From Azolla caroliniana (Eukaryota; Plantae; Polypodiophyta): a stretch of DNA of 64,000 nt. The translations under genes were made by a program, and so were the position numbers. Below the pieces are notes generated by a model that saw nothing but the letters and a program-made list of their open reading frames with translations, did not search any database and had not been told where the DNA came from. Location of the stretch: positions 20,584,001 to 20,648,000 of the forward strand of contig JBHGNT010000010.1 in the NCBI GenBank assembly GCA_043228905.1. Direction: 5' to 3'. This document shows, piece after piece, positions 1 through 13,600 of this stretch. The stretch's first letter is position 1. Every line of letters starts with the position of its first letter.

Positions 1-32
1 ATTTACTATGAGAGAAGCCACAATAACCAAAC

Positions 33-1067
33 CTTGAGAATCGATGGAATAACTTTCAAGTGTTGACCTGCAGATGCCATCAATTGTGGGAAAAGAATAT
101 GTTTCCCTCTCGTCTGATTCAATCCTACCATATCTAATACATTAACCAAGAGACTGAAACCAATCCTTTGTTTCTCTAGCTTGTGACTATCTTCCACTTG
201 CAATGCAACAATGTACTGTAATTTTAATGTACCATTATTCAATCCCCGAGATAGCGCCAAGTTACCAAAGCTGCCTTCCCCTGTCATGTTCCCATTGACT
301 GATACAACTGATGAAAAACTTTGCCCTTCTCCTTCAGTTTTTAATGGAGAGCCGTTATTGAGCTTTTCTGATGGACGTCCATCTTTTAACATGAGATTAT
401 ATGCCTTTCCTATGGGATCTAGGCTTTCTCTACCAGGACTCTGAAGGTAGTCTTTGGATGGGTTTCTCTCAGAAAAGTCGATATTCTCCTGACAATCCTC
501 GTCTGATAATTCATGAAGTGGAAGAATCCATTCCCGAACTAGGCAGGAACTAAGTTGATCGACTTTGGAAGCATCCAAAGTTGGACAATTGTTAGACAAT
601 GTAATCAAATATGCCTTGATTTGTGAAGGCAAGGCTTGATTACTACTAGCACCATAGTTTGTGATGGTTTTCTCAATCACTGTGGAAATCACTGAGCTGA
701 TTGCCACACTATCTGATTGTCCAGATTTAACAATATTCACTAAATAGGAGTTGAATTCTGCAAAGAACAAACTAGCTGCCTCAAAGGTGAACCATTTTGG
801 AAATGATTCTTGATTACGACTCAATGGAAGGGACTCGAGAAAATTGAGCAATGTGTCTAATAAATCACTAGTATTCTTGAAATTTTTGCGTTTGGAAAGC
901 AGCCCGGCTATGGCCATAATTCCTTGGAGTTGAGAGGTAGTAAATTCCACATGTTGAGGATCATGACTATTGAAAGAGCTTTGCTCCAGCATCCACACTA
1001 TTCTCTCTTTGGTTATGTCTGCATTATCCACAGAAAGAACATCTACGAGCTCGGTGAGAAACTCCAT
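33..1067 (-). CDS. PI4KA: First coding exon of a tandem paralog of PI4-kinase alpha; the gene continues beyond the left edge of the window
   Basis: Colinear with 15706-16740 (offset 15673, no indels, about 26 substitutions in 1035 nt by manual count). Same start (MEFLTELVD, resembling the plant PI4Kalpha N-terminus MEALTELCD) and same GT donor after ...PSILK. Completeness of the rest of the gene cannot be seen. Confidence 0.85.
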
Positions 1068-1399
1068 TGGAGAAATCTCAACCTCTTTCATCCACCAAGC
1101 AAAGCACATTGTGTCTTTCTTCCCACTTGACTAAACCTATAAACTGAACTACATGAAAAACTATGGGGCACATGGCAACAGAATGAAGCTTTTGTGTTTT
1201 AGATCACCCGATTGAAGATAAAGTGACCACACTGTTGTTAGTATAAAAACAGTTCTTTGGATTAATCATGCAATGTGTCTATTTCGATCGATTCTCACAT
1301 TTGAGCAATCATTCAAACCAAAATTGGCGGTATTAATGAAACTTGAAGGTATGCTGAAGAAGATGGACTACTCCATGCAAAGAATTTCTTTCATGGATT

Positions 1400-1645
1400 A
1401 TTTCCAACCAAAAGGAAGCAAAACAGTATAGAACAAGACCTGAATATCTTCTTAGATAAGATTGAGGTGTGCAAAGGACAGATTAATCTGTGTAAACGTA
1501 TCTCGTTCCAGCAATTTGTCACATTTCCAACCAAAAGGAAGCAAAACAGTATAGAACAAGACGTGAATATCTGCTTCGATGAGATTGAGGTGTGCAAAGG
1601 ACAGATTAATCTGTGTAAACGTATCTCGTTCCAGCAATTTGTGAC
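1400..1645. repeat. Tandem duplication, 2 x 123 bp, in the 5' leader/intron region of the left PI4KA copy
   Basis: ATTTCCAACCAAAAGGAAGCAAAACAG...CAGCAATTTGT(C/G)AC at 1400-1522 and 1523-1645 with few mismatches. The corresponding sequence is single-copy and diverged near 17070-17160. Confidence 0.95.
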
Positions 1646-1791
1646 GCATGAGGAGTTCGTTTGAGGAAACGGGAATCAGGAAAGGCAACCTCGGCGATCT
1701 GCGGGGGGGAAGAAATGGATGGAGATTATTGATTGACAGATGAAGATGGAATTAGTCTTCTTCCTCGGAGCAAAGAACCCTCTCCTAGCAC

Positions 1792-1832
<41 letters not shown>

Positions 1833-2047
1833 AGAAAGTCAAGAAAGCAGACGTCTTGACGAAGCCAAATGAGCCTCCAAAGTCAAGCAAAAGAAACGTA
1901 TTGACTAAGTTTCTAACCACAGTCAAGAGCCAAACAAACGGAGAGAGAGAGAGAGAGAGAGAGAGAACAATTGTTCATCAACATATGTATTGAAATTTGA
2001 GAGAGTAGAAACAAATATATTGACTTACCAAAGCTTCTAACTGCATC

Positions 2048-2303
2048 CCTATGTCTGAATACATTAGCATGGAATAACATGATACGACTCTTGGCCCTAT
2101 TGTGTTGGTCTTCGAGACTAGAGTAGTGATCAATATGCACAATTGGGGGCATTCGTAATTCATTGTCAGAAATTAAAATCTTGGATTTATGAAAGACAAA
2201 CTAATGTGGAAGATTTTGCCAAGGATGTTTTCATTTATCAAGAACGAAAGTTGGGGGCTCGAACTTTGATCGCCCTTGTCTCAACCATAAACTATGCCAG
2301 CTA
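2048..2303 (+). pseudogene. Degenerate nuclear 18S rRNA fragment (about 250 nt, V4 end to V5 region)
   Basis: Contains recognisable 18S blocks TCTGAATACATTAGCATGGAATAAC, GGGGGCATTCGTA, TCTTGGATTTATGAAAGAC, GCCAAGGATGTTTTCATT.ATCAAGAACGAAAGTTGGGGGCTCGAA and GTCTCAACCATAAAC.ATGCC in the correct order. It carries substitutions and a short deletion in the GATCAGATACCG block. Confidence 0.93.
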
Positions 2304-4252
2304 AAGTCAAGAACCAATCAAATTGAGAGAAAGAGAGTGAGCACTCCTCATCAAGATCACTGGTCAAGACACACTGAATTCTTGAGACGTACTTCTTGCG
2401 GATAGGGTCCATCGAGACATAGCCAGTGACATTTGAAGGTTATAAAGTGAACGCTTCACTAAGATGTTAATAAACTCGGTTGTTCACTATTTTCCTATTT
2501 TACATACGGTGTCATGTTGCCAATGGCTCACAAATGGGAAGCTACTTCCAAAGCAAGTAAACCATCTATTTTAAAATTTTACGTTCATGTAAAAAGCAAA
2601 AGTAAGTTTCGAACTCAACATCCTTCTTTCTCAAAGGAATATAAATATCACTATGATAAATATTGTATATTAAATCAATATTCTTAAGGATGTAGTGAAT
2701 ATGATCATTGTATGTAAGCTAAGCATGAACACTAAGTAGTGACATGCTCTTAGCCCTTGATGCATGTGAGGCCCTATATAAAGGGTCTCTCATCTTATGT
2801 AAAGGGGGAGGAGAAAAAGAGGAAAGAAAAAAAATATGTATCTGTGTCCAAACCGATTTCGGCTTAACCGGTTTGGTTTGGACAAGGCTTCACCAATTAA
2901 GCCAAAATCGAACAATTGTCAATTCCTATTAATGATAATAAGGGTTGCGATAATGATAAATAGGGTACACAAGGTTTAGGTTTTAATGATGGTGAAGTAT
3001 TTTATCTTGATGATTATTGTGACAAGGGAGTATGTAACAATGAGGTTAACTTTTAGTGTGATTTATAAGAGTTAGGGTTCTGATGACAAAAAATGTCGCC
3101 TTCAATTATTATTTATGATGCCAAAAATATTTCTTTGCGAGTAAAGTTCCCCCTTCAGTGAGCAATTCATGTTCATTAGGGAGGCGACATTTGCAAGAAG
3201 ATCATATGTTGTCATGTTTTTTATGTATAATAGTAATTGATGTCACTTGATCTACGTATACATAAGCTCGCCAAAAGACATAAGTGTGACGTCATAATGA
3301 AGAGGGACATATTGATCTTATGTGATGAACAAGTCTCAATCAACATCCTCAAATATTGTAGATGGGATTATCATATAGCAGCTACCCCAAAACTAAAAGT
3401 TTTCATATTGTTAGGCAACGATGAACCAATCTATCCTCCATATTACCTTCCATCATACGTATGTAATAATGATCAAAGGACACATGCAAATGATACTCTC
3501 TTAATGTCTTAATTATTGAACCAAATGTATGGAAAGTCACATATGTCTCACTCCAACACTTGAAGAGCTTGTCTTGATTGTGAGCTCCTACCATGACCAA
3601 GGGAAGTTTCTCCAAAACTTTCCTTATCATCATCAACAACAAATGTGATAGGTACATTTAGCTTACATTATGTCAAAGCAAGAGTTCCCCAATCAAAAAT
3701 ACATATGTTAAGGTGGTCCCTGCATAGATGTGGAGGTGGTTCATTAACGTACACCTATTTTATAACCAGAGATCATGAACTTGTATTTGTGATCTAACAA
3801 TTGTGCCTTACAATAAACAACACAACAGATTGTCCCCATCATATTTCCCCTTCCCCCAAGTAATATTATATCTCAAGATAGCCTAAATATGATGCATCCC
3901 CCACTCCTGTGTTATATTATCCTTGAATGATTGGAGGTTGTATTTGATATAGGAGAGGAGACAATGTTCACATTGACTAAATATGTATTGAAACAAAAAA
4001 GAACAATACAAGAAACAGACTCGCTTTTTTTACTACTATCAAGAATATTTCAAAATCTCAAAAGCGTTGAGAGACCATGGTTGATGGACAAGTAACAAGG
4101 GTAAATTTTTGTGAAGTGTCTTTAAATGTGCAATGCCTACAACAGGTATGTACATTAAAATTCATGCTCACTTTTATTTATGCACATCTATATTTTTAGT
4201 ATATAATTTACGTTACTTTTTGGCATAAAATCGGAGGCCTTTGCAGCTCATC

Positions 4253-4286
<34 letters not shown>

Positions 4287-4676
4287 ATAGGATCCAAACA
4301 TTAACATTGTTAGATTTTCTTCCATGAGCTTCCAAATGGGAAGGCCTTTTTTACATTGTGTTTCCAATTACAATACAAAGGGCAGATTTACAATTTCTGC
4401 AGTGTTATATATATATATATATTATATATCCAGTTCATTCCCATACAAAATAATAATTTGCACCACTGCTATGATGACCAAATCTTCTCCATTCTCACAC
4501 TGGATCTTGGCATCATCAAAAAAAAAAGAAAATTGGTTGAATTTCTACACTGATGTTACAAAACTGATACACACTATCGATCGCAAATCTCTCCCACCCC
4601 ATTCTATAATGCCTTTTTGCCTTCCCCATTACTGTTGAGTCACATAATGCTTGTACTGAAAAACTAAGATTTCGAT

Positions 4677-7600
4677 CTATTTCTCAATACCCTGTTGTAG
4701 ATACTGAATCAGATCATATCCTGCTGTAGTCCACTTGTTATAAGCATCCTGACATGTTTTGATCATGAAATTAGCTGCTTCTCTCTCACTCATCTCCGGG
4801 TGGAACCTTTTCCTCAGGTTTCCGATTGGATCTCCTCGGCTGAAGCAAGGAAGCCCACTATCTACCATTAACATCACAGTAATAATAATGCTATCCATGT
4901 GTTGTCTAGCAGCTAGGTAACCTTTTACACATAAGCTGCAAAGCAACATATAATTTCAGTAACTATCAGGGACAGATAATGCATCGATTACATTATCTGA
5001 ATGTGCTAGCTAGCAATAAAAATTCTTCCCTTTCATATGGCAGAATCATTAGTTAGTTTTTAGAGATATAATCAATTTTCCTTTGCATATCCTTTGCATA
5101 ATCAATTTCCCTTTGCCATAAAAGGACAAAAGAGATATGGTAACTTCAAAACATTCTGCAAATAAATAAAGTGCACACCTGACAAAGCGATTCCATGTCT
5201 CACTTTTCATTGCTCCTGAAGGATCCAACAGTTGAGTCATCTCATGACTGAGCTTAAATTGTGCACTCTCAAACCTCATGTTTCCACCAGGAGAGGTTTC
5301 CAAAATGAAACCAAAATCAATATGTACAAGCCTGCCTTCACTGTTTCACACAAATATTTGTTCTAACACAAATTACTTTTGCATGATTAGGAAGGAATAA
5401 GCACAAAAATACCACTCATTACGTATTTCTAGAATTACCAAAATACCCCTGAAGAGTTGAAAAAAAGTTTACCAGAAAAGGGGTATTCTGGTAATTTTCA
5501 ACATGTGAGTACAGCACTAAATCCCAAGAGGTATTTTGCATGATTTTGCCCTAGAAAGCTGGTCAGATTTGCATTACATTCAAACCAAGAGACCCTTACT
5601 TGTCAAAGAGTAAATTTCCATTATGTCTATCTTTTGGCTGAAGCAACAAACTTGCCACTGCATAACCTGCACTACTGACAATAAATTTGTCCCTGGCCGC
5701 TTCAAACTGTGAAGAACCAACAGGACCAAAATCTTGTTGAAAAATTTCGTACAGTCCCCCATCAGTGGTTTCAGCCATTTGATTTCTGCTTCGAGTGTTT
5801 GGCACAACCTAAAGTATACACAAGCCACAATTTTACCTACCAATTTCTATCGAACTCAATGCATATGCAATTTATATGCACAATATTGGGTGATTGCACT
5901 ACCGTGCATTACTAATACTTGCAAACTTTTCTGATGTTGACAATCAGGACATTGCTATCAAGTAATTGTTTCACTTCCATTATCAAAGATACTAGATATT
6001 CACATAGGTGATTTACAATAGAACCCAGTCTGTAGTTCTTAAATGCATGACAGACAGCTATGACAGACAGCAAAACGCCACAAGTATACAACACTTCACC
6101 TCAATTATTCCTTTTCCACAACCGGTTGGAAGTACTCCATAAGGAAATAAATATAAATTTAGGCCCACAGCTTCAAAAATATCTCTCAACAAAGCTATAA
6201 CCTGCAGGGCGAGAACATCCTGCCTGCAATCATCACCAACCTGCGATAATTTCAGAATAATAAGTACATGTACATTTTACACAATAGCAAAGATTAAGTA
6301 AGAAGGCAAACCTTGAAGATACATGCTTGCGACATTAATGCACTTGGTTCAGTCTTGTCTACAACATCAAATGTAACCATTATAGGAACCTTGGCAGCAG
6401 ACTGTAGAGGTATTCCACTGTCCAGTTGTATTCCCCTAACCAGCTTTGTTGGAGCTGTGGGTAAGTACAAATCTAGACCCTCAACTTTGATTTTCTCTAG
6501 CTCTCTGTAGGCAATTATAACAATCTAATTAATTTTTCTGATCATAAAACAAATTGAGTAAGATTAAACAGATCATACCTTCTAATTCCTGCCCTACGCT
6601 TCTCCTTTGGTAGGGGATAAAGTGCGCCAGATATATCAGTGACCTTATCAAAAAAACGGAACTCTCTCTCAAAAAGATCCAAGGCCTCGCTGCTGAAACT
6701 TTTGATAATCCGATCCTTTACTTTCATCACTATCTCATGGAATGCTTTCTCTTCCTGGGTATGCCAAAATAAGGTATGATGAGATGAACTATAATAGCCA
6801 GATCTGAAACGATCTTTTGAGAAAGATCTTCATGAAAGGTGAAATGAGGGCTTAAAAGCGAGCACACAATAAACAAATGCACATGTTCCATGCAATGAAG
6901 CAAAATATACATGCCCATGGCCTACTGTCGATTTCTGTTATATTGGGGTTCAAATGAATAACTGTTAATCGAGTACATTAAGTATTTGACACTTGTTGAA
7001 CCAAATCAGAATTAGATCTGTACCTGAAGTTGTTCTTTGCTGAGCTCCTCTGTTGATGGAGGCTCCTCCCCCTACAATAATAGAACTTTCAATATGTAAC
7101 TGCACTAAACAATTAATCAGTGAATAACCAAACTAAATATGTGAGTTTTCTTAGCATTGCACACCTGGAGCTGCCATATCAATAAATGAGCAAAGAGAGA
7201 ACTTCTTTGAGCAGAAGTTATCAAATAGCGTTCAACCAGATGCTGCAATACATAATAGCAGCATGAGACTACAGACCAAAAAGGATTACCATCATATTAC
7301 TTTTACTAGAAGAGGTCTTACACCATCATCATAGCGAAGAATCTGCACTAATTGAGGCATGAAAAAAGTTACACGCTCAGGAGGGTATGACTCCAGTACA
7401 CGAAGTACATATGCCATGATCCGAGGATGTCCTTTATACATAGGACTTAAGAACTCAAGTGCCCTGGTTATAGAACATGGAGCCCAATGGGGCAATAGTT
7501 GTAGGATGGGTGAGTTCTCCTGTGCTGCTTTCGGAGTTATAACGTAAGACAGAGCTTCTGGAATATCATACATGTCCTCCAGGTGTGCCTGAAAATTGAA

Positions 7601-10600
7601 AAGAGAAGAGGATAATCTTTTCTATATCATTATTTATCAATGATTGATCTCCATGTTGATTGAGCCTTAGTTTTATAGAATCACCTGTACAAGGGACATG
7701 ATTTCAGATCTCAATGACCCTATTCCAGGAAATCTTGATGGCAGAGCAAGTGCGATGCGTGGGTCCAGTGACCAAGCTGTTTTCACATACTCTACCCACC
7801 GATCTGAGTTAATACCACGCAGTTTAGATGGGAAACTCTCTCTGCAGACATCACACCATCACATCAGCCAGCTGAAAATAAGCTGTCCTATCACATTAAT
7901 TCTCGAAAACTATGATTCGCTCGCCTTAAAGGATTTGCCCAGGTATCTAGCCTTTCCACTTCATGATGACAGAGCATAAGCAAAAGCTGCTTTCGTTTCT
8001 CCCTTGCAGATCCGCGACTATCTCCAATACCCCAAACCGGATGTGAATTATCTAGCTGCAATTCACAATAGATAACTTTAGTGTTGATTGCAGAAATCTA
8101 AAATTTACAAAGTGCAATATATTTTCTTTCCACTTGAAACAGCACCCAAGCTTACCTGTGAGCATAAATTAATGATTGATGGACTTTCACCTTCTTGAAT
8201 AGATGATTTACTGAATCGATCTCCAACAATCACACTAGCAGGATTATCCGAACTCAAGTGCTGGGCAAAAACAGTAATCGCTTGAGCTTCTTCCTGCGAA
8301 AACCCTTCGACATTGCAGTCATACCATTCTGGTTCACTTGAAAACCATGACAATGCACATCTGCAGCAGAGATCAATTACGTAAGCTGTCTATAAACGTT
8401 ATATAGATAAACTTCACAGAACTAGCATCCGATAAAGTTCTCTCTAGAAACAATTAGCAGCAGCATATTTCCACAGCAATATGTGGGTTGCGAAAATTTA
8501 TTACAGGAAATCGAGGAATTGTTGCCAAATAGTCAACTGGTTAATTAAATTTAGAGATTAATTGTTTAAACCATACTTCAATCTCACAGCAGAATGTGTA
8601 AATGAGAGTGATATTACCTATGAATGCGGTCTTCAAGCAGGGAAATGCTGACAGCAGAAGAAGAATGAGTTTGTGTCTGACTTGAGCAAAACTTTAAACC
8701 AAGGAGCATCAAAGAGAAAAACGTTCCAGTTGCAGCTGGATGAGCTGAAAATTGTTTAGGACTCCTCAATGATCCTTGAAGCAAACGACCAATCAGGGAC
8801 AGCTGATCTGTACTCGTATGTCTAACGACCTATATATGTTTTGAAAAACAATAGTCAGTTCCACCCTTCATTGTATTTCATAATAAAGTTGATATGTTAA
8901 AAGGAAACAGTAGTCAGGAATCTCATATAGGCTCACATGCTCATCTAGAAATGCATTTAGATACAGGAATGATAAACAATACTATATTATGTGTGCTACA
9001 AGGAGAATGGTATTACAATAAAGAATCACCATGTCAATATTCAATTAAAAATGTTCACAATCACATCAGACTATTCACAATGCAATATCTATTAATACAT
9101 TCAATAAAGATGATTCTCCATAGTAGCTCACCTCAAATTGATCAAAAAGGAATCCCAACCATAAACGATGAGCAATGATTCCTTCAACAGGATGCTTGTT
9201 CCCAGCTACTACAGGTTCTCCAGGAGTTAGATGTGGCCTCAGCCTGCCACGTGGACCTGAATATGCAGGCCCTGAAGCAAATAATCCAAGGCCTGTTTCA
9301 ATGGTCCATAACCAGGCATCCACAAGTTCTGCTAGAAGAACAGACATCAGATGAGGTGCTGCAGATACAAGCCATGTCCAGATAAACACGCCGGTACTCA
9401 TTGAATCAGGGGAACAAATATAAACTGGACACCAACACAGAAGGCGAAGCAACTTTGGAAAATTCTCCATCTCTACATTTTTTGAAAGTTCCTAACCATA
9501 ATACACACAACTGTTAGGACTTCAAAATCCAGACATATCTAGAAACAAAATAGAAAAATGTTGCAAAGAAATCAATGCATGCATAAGATGTCAGAAAAAA
9601 TAGTTCAATTAGACATTTCAAGCCTGCAATGACCAATGGTTAATCCATAGAACAAAGAACAACTGTTTGTGGTCAATTACTTTTTTTACGATGTCAGATC
9701 CCATTAGGACAGATGGCATGCTAAAACCTGTGCTAAACAAAGTTAATGTCTCATTGAGTTTAAATGTTGCATGATGTTTTTCAGAAGCATAGCCTCCCCA
9801 TTCAAGAGAGAAAAACCTCCAGAGCAATCGCAAAACAGAGAAGCCATCCATAAACAACAATGAATAATTGTAAGATGGTAGAAATAAGCAAGTCAAAACA
9901 CCAAGAAAAAGCACAGAACAAGGCAGTCATCCAAATTAACTATAACAGTGCCTTGAGTTCACTCTTGAAGTAACAAGAAATATTTCAATACCTTACATGA
10001 AACAGCTCAAAATGCAACAAGAGATTCAGAAAATGTAAGTAAGTTGGGAAAAGCGGCAATCTAGGCAGAAGCAAGCAGTTAAATGGATTGGGAAGGATTT
10101 TGGGCATTATCGTCTGCACATAGAATTGTTGGATGAAGGATCAGAGGTCCGACAACATCAAAAAAGAGAAACTATGATTATCATGGAAGGGAAAGGCATT
10201 GAAATTTTGCCAAACAATGAACATCTTAGTTGGAATATGAAACATCAAAGGACTCTCAACTATGTTGAAAACCAAGAGACTAGATGAAATTAGTAAAAGG
10301 AAATTGGTTTGTAATGTTGTAAGCAGAATGGCTTTCTTTGACCAGAAACATATAATAGAGGTACGAATTATGCAATATTCAGAGATTATCTAATGATGCA
10401 ACATATTATCCAGTTATCAAAGTGCATATATGAGATTCATAGATAATAAGTCAATGTCATGTTGTAAGAGAATGCCTTCAATTTAGGAGAAACATCTAAT
10501 AAAGGTACTAATCACACATAATATTTTTCATATGATTTAAAAAGAACCATGACTAGATGAATAAAAGAAAGTTTACCAACTCTGACACAATAAAAGCTGT

Positions 10601-13600
10601 TGATCGCAGGCATGTTTCGCGAAAAGCTTCAGTTTCTATAGTTGTTCCTTGTTCCACCTTTGAGATGAACTGTTGGAGAAGTTGTAAAAAGTGTGCAATC
10701 AGTCTCTCTTTGAGTATATGCTTCATAGAGATAGCTGTTTCAGATGTTTTTCCAATGATGCCATCCATTTTGGATGCCCCAAAGAGCATTCCAGCTGTAC
10801 CATCTTGTAACCCGAAAGTCAAACCACCTATATTAATATGAATGTAGCTGGACTTCACATTCGCACTCACAATGCCATTTGAAAGCACTTCTAAAGTGCC
10901 CGTATCCGCCATCCACCCACGAGCCCCTGCAGCAGCTATAGATGCTGCAAAAGTTGCAGGAATCATAATGCTACCTGATCTGTCAGTCTTGTTTGGGTCC
11001 AGTTTAATATCTGATAGCAATGGAAGAAGATCACTTGTATAAGATCCATTAGACCAAGTATTCAAAGCCCGGATCCGTTCCTAAAAAACAATGTCGAGGA
11101 TGTCAATGCTGGCATACTTGAATTAAGATAAACTCAGGTATAACATATCTATGTCGTCAAATGCAATACCTGCAAAAGACCTTGTGTTGTGCACGGAGCC
11201 AATGAAAGAGACCTCATAATCCAACTTCTAATTTGTTTTTTAATGAGGTTCTGCATAGAAACCATCCTTGCAGGGTCCAATGCGGGTGAGGAATGTGTTT
11301 GTACCAGATGCAGAAGCGTATCCAAGCATGATGAATTCCACAGTACCTACATGTAGATACTTAAACATATTAAACAAGCTACAAAGGAGAAATAATTACA
11401 TGAATGCATTATGTTACCTGTGAATATTTGAGCTTGACCTTGTCCAGAAGTCCACATGCTAAATCACACACACTCTCATTCCTGTGTGTCATTTTAGATA
11501 TGAGAAAGCATGCATGAGTAACAATAACCATTTGCCTTTTTTCTGCTTCCATTCCATAGGCATGCTGTTTCTCATCCTTTAACAATCAAAAAAACTTCAG
11601 TTCTTAGAAATAAAATTCAGTAATGCCCTCATTCATGAAGGCACAAAACAAGTATAGATACTTGATAATACAAAATAAATGGATTCTTTGTTACCTACCA
11701 GCCAAGCCATTGAAGCATCAAAAGCTCTATGCACAATTGCTACAAGACATTGATATATAGAGGGTGCCAAATTTGGCTTCTCCAAATATTCAAAGACACA
11801 GGTAAGCGCACTTTCCAATTTCTCCACCTTAGTGCCGTGTTTTAAAACTCCGCCATTGTGATTCAGTCTTAATATTTCCAAAAATGCAACAGCGAGGAAG
11901 TAAGTGGCTTTCACACCTGTCAAAGAATTGATATTTTGTAAGCTAGATACTATTGTTCATGACTCATTGTTTAATGACTAGAAATTTCCAGAACCATATT
12001 TAAGGTTACATTAATATATGACATCAAAAAAGACAAGATATTGGGACAAGATTTAATATCCAGAATAGAATTCCTCATCGGAGAAGAGAATGAAAAAATA
12101 GCAGTTACAGATTAACTGTTCCTTCATCCAGGAACAGGTTATAAAAAAGAAACAAATAAACAGTGACGTAGCACAACAAAAGAAATTTACCTGACATCCC
12201 ACTAATGCTAGTCATCTCGACGCGATCTTTTAAGGCTGCACATAGGGCAGCTCTCTGAGCTGAAGCTGCCTTCTCATTGTTATTACTCCTTCGACTCCCA
12301 GGATTATGAAGTTCATTTAATTCTAGTTCATCTTCCACCCATTTTACTGAACTTCCTACCTACAAATGAGTAAATTGCAGTCAAAAATATATGGAAGGAA
12401 AAGAATGAGTTAATTTATCTAATTTAGGTTTTTATGGTAACTTACAAGCGGAGGTGTTCCTTGCGTGATACGAATTACAGCAGCAGACCATTGGGTATTC
12501 CACAGGTACGGTCCTGCAACTGCTTGCAATGCAACTGCACTCATGCTCCCTAGGCTTGGAGCACTTGAAGAAACATTCTTTGAGACTAGTTGCACCTTTT
12601 GAATAGGAGGTGCCAAGCCAAAGAGAACAATGTAAAACCACAAATTTCTAAATAGTTTCAATAGCATCGGTTCTACAACACCTAGAATATCTAAGTCTGA
12701 GCAAATCTCAGCAACTGATGGCAATAGAGGACCTAATAAATCAGCACCACTCCTACAAAATAACAACCAAACAAATCATCAAATGATGAACATGTGAAGA
12801 TAAGATAGGGAAAAGTCCAATACACAACTGAGCTATTCTTTATTCCCCTGAATGCCCTTTGAGTTTTCCTTACTTCTCCAAATGCCCTTGGTGAGTTCCG
12901 AAAAGACAGAAAAATGGGATGAATTGACCTTAATTAATTAAAACAGCTACGGAAAAAGTGGATGAACAGACAATATAATTGATCTATCAGTAGTTAACCA
13001 AAATCATGTGGGGAAAAAAACTGAGGGTAATTCATAGTCTTTCCTGAAAATAGCCTAGACAAGCACAGGAAACACTGGGAAGACTGTTATAGGAAGAGGG
13101 ACAAGCCAAACTGCTAGACGTATTACAATCATAAATAAAGTCTTACTTTCCACTCTTTGCCTCTGCAGCTAGACCTACATCAGAACAGAGCTGCAATAAC
13201 CGATGCCGATAATCTGCCCTTAATTTCGCTTGGGAAAGACCCGATGCAATTGTAAGAAATGCATTAGGCAAGGTCTGCAATCACATGAGGAATCAAACTA
13301 CAATTTTCATCTACCAATGATAGTTGAAAATGCCCATGGAACTTCAATACTCTACCTCAACTCTTTCTGTCGTGGCCTCTGGTGCCAATGTTCTGCTCTG
13401 TGTAGACCCAACTGTAGAGAGTTTATCCATGTAACTTCTTGTGAGTAGAATAACTGCCTCTCTGTATGATTTCTCGAATCCTAAAGTTGCTATACGAGCA
13501 ACAGAATCTAGAATCTGTAAGCAGTACATTAGTTATGCATAGTTTTAAGTGTTATAATCTACACTCTTCAAGTAAACTTTTCATGCCTGTAGCCTGAGAC

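Noticed and set aside
2048-2303. Functional rRNA gene
   Set aside because: Only about 250 nt, with mutations and a deletion in universally conserved blocks and no flanking rDNA.
9618-9914. 98-aa ORF as an extra PI4KA exon
   Set aside because: Intronic; the flanking exons join in frame without it and it has no PI4K resemblance.
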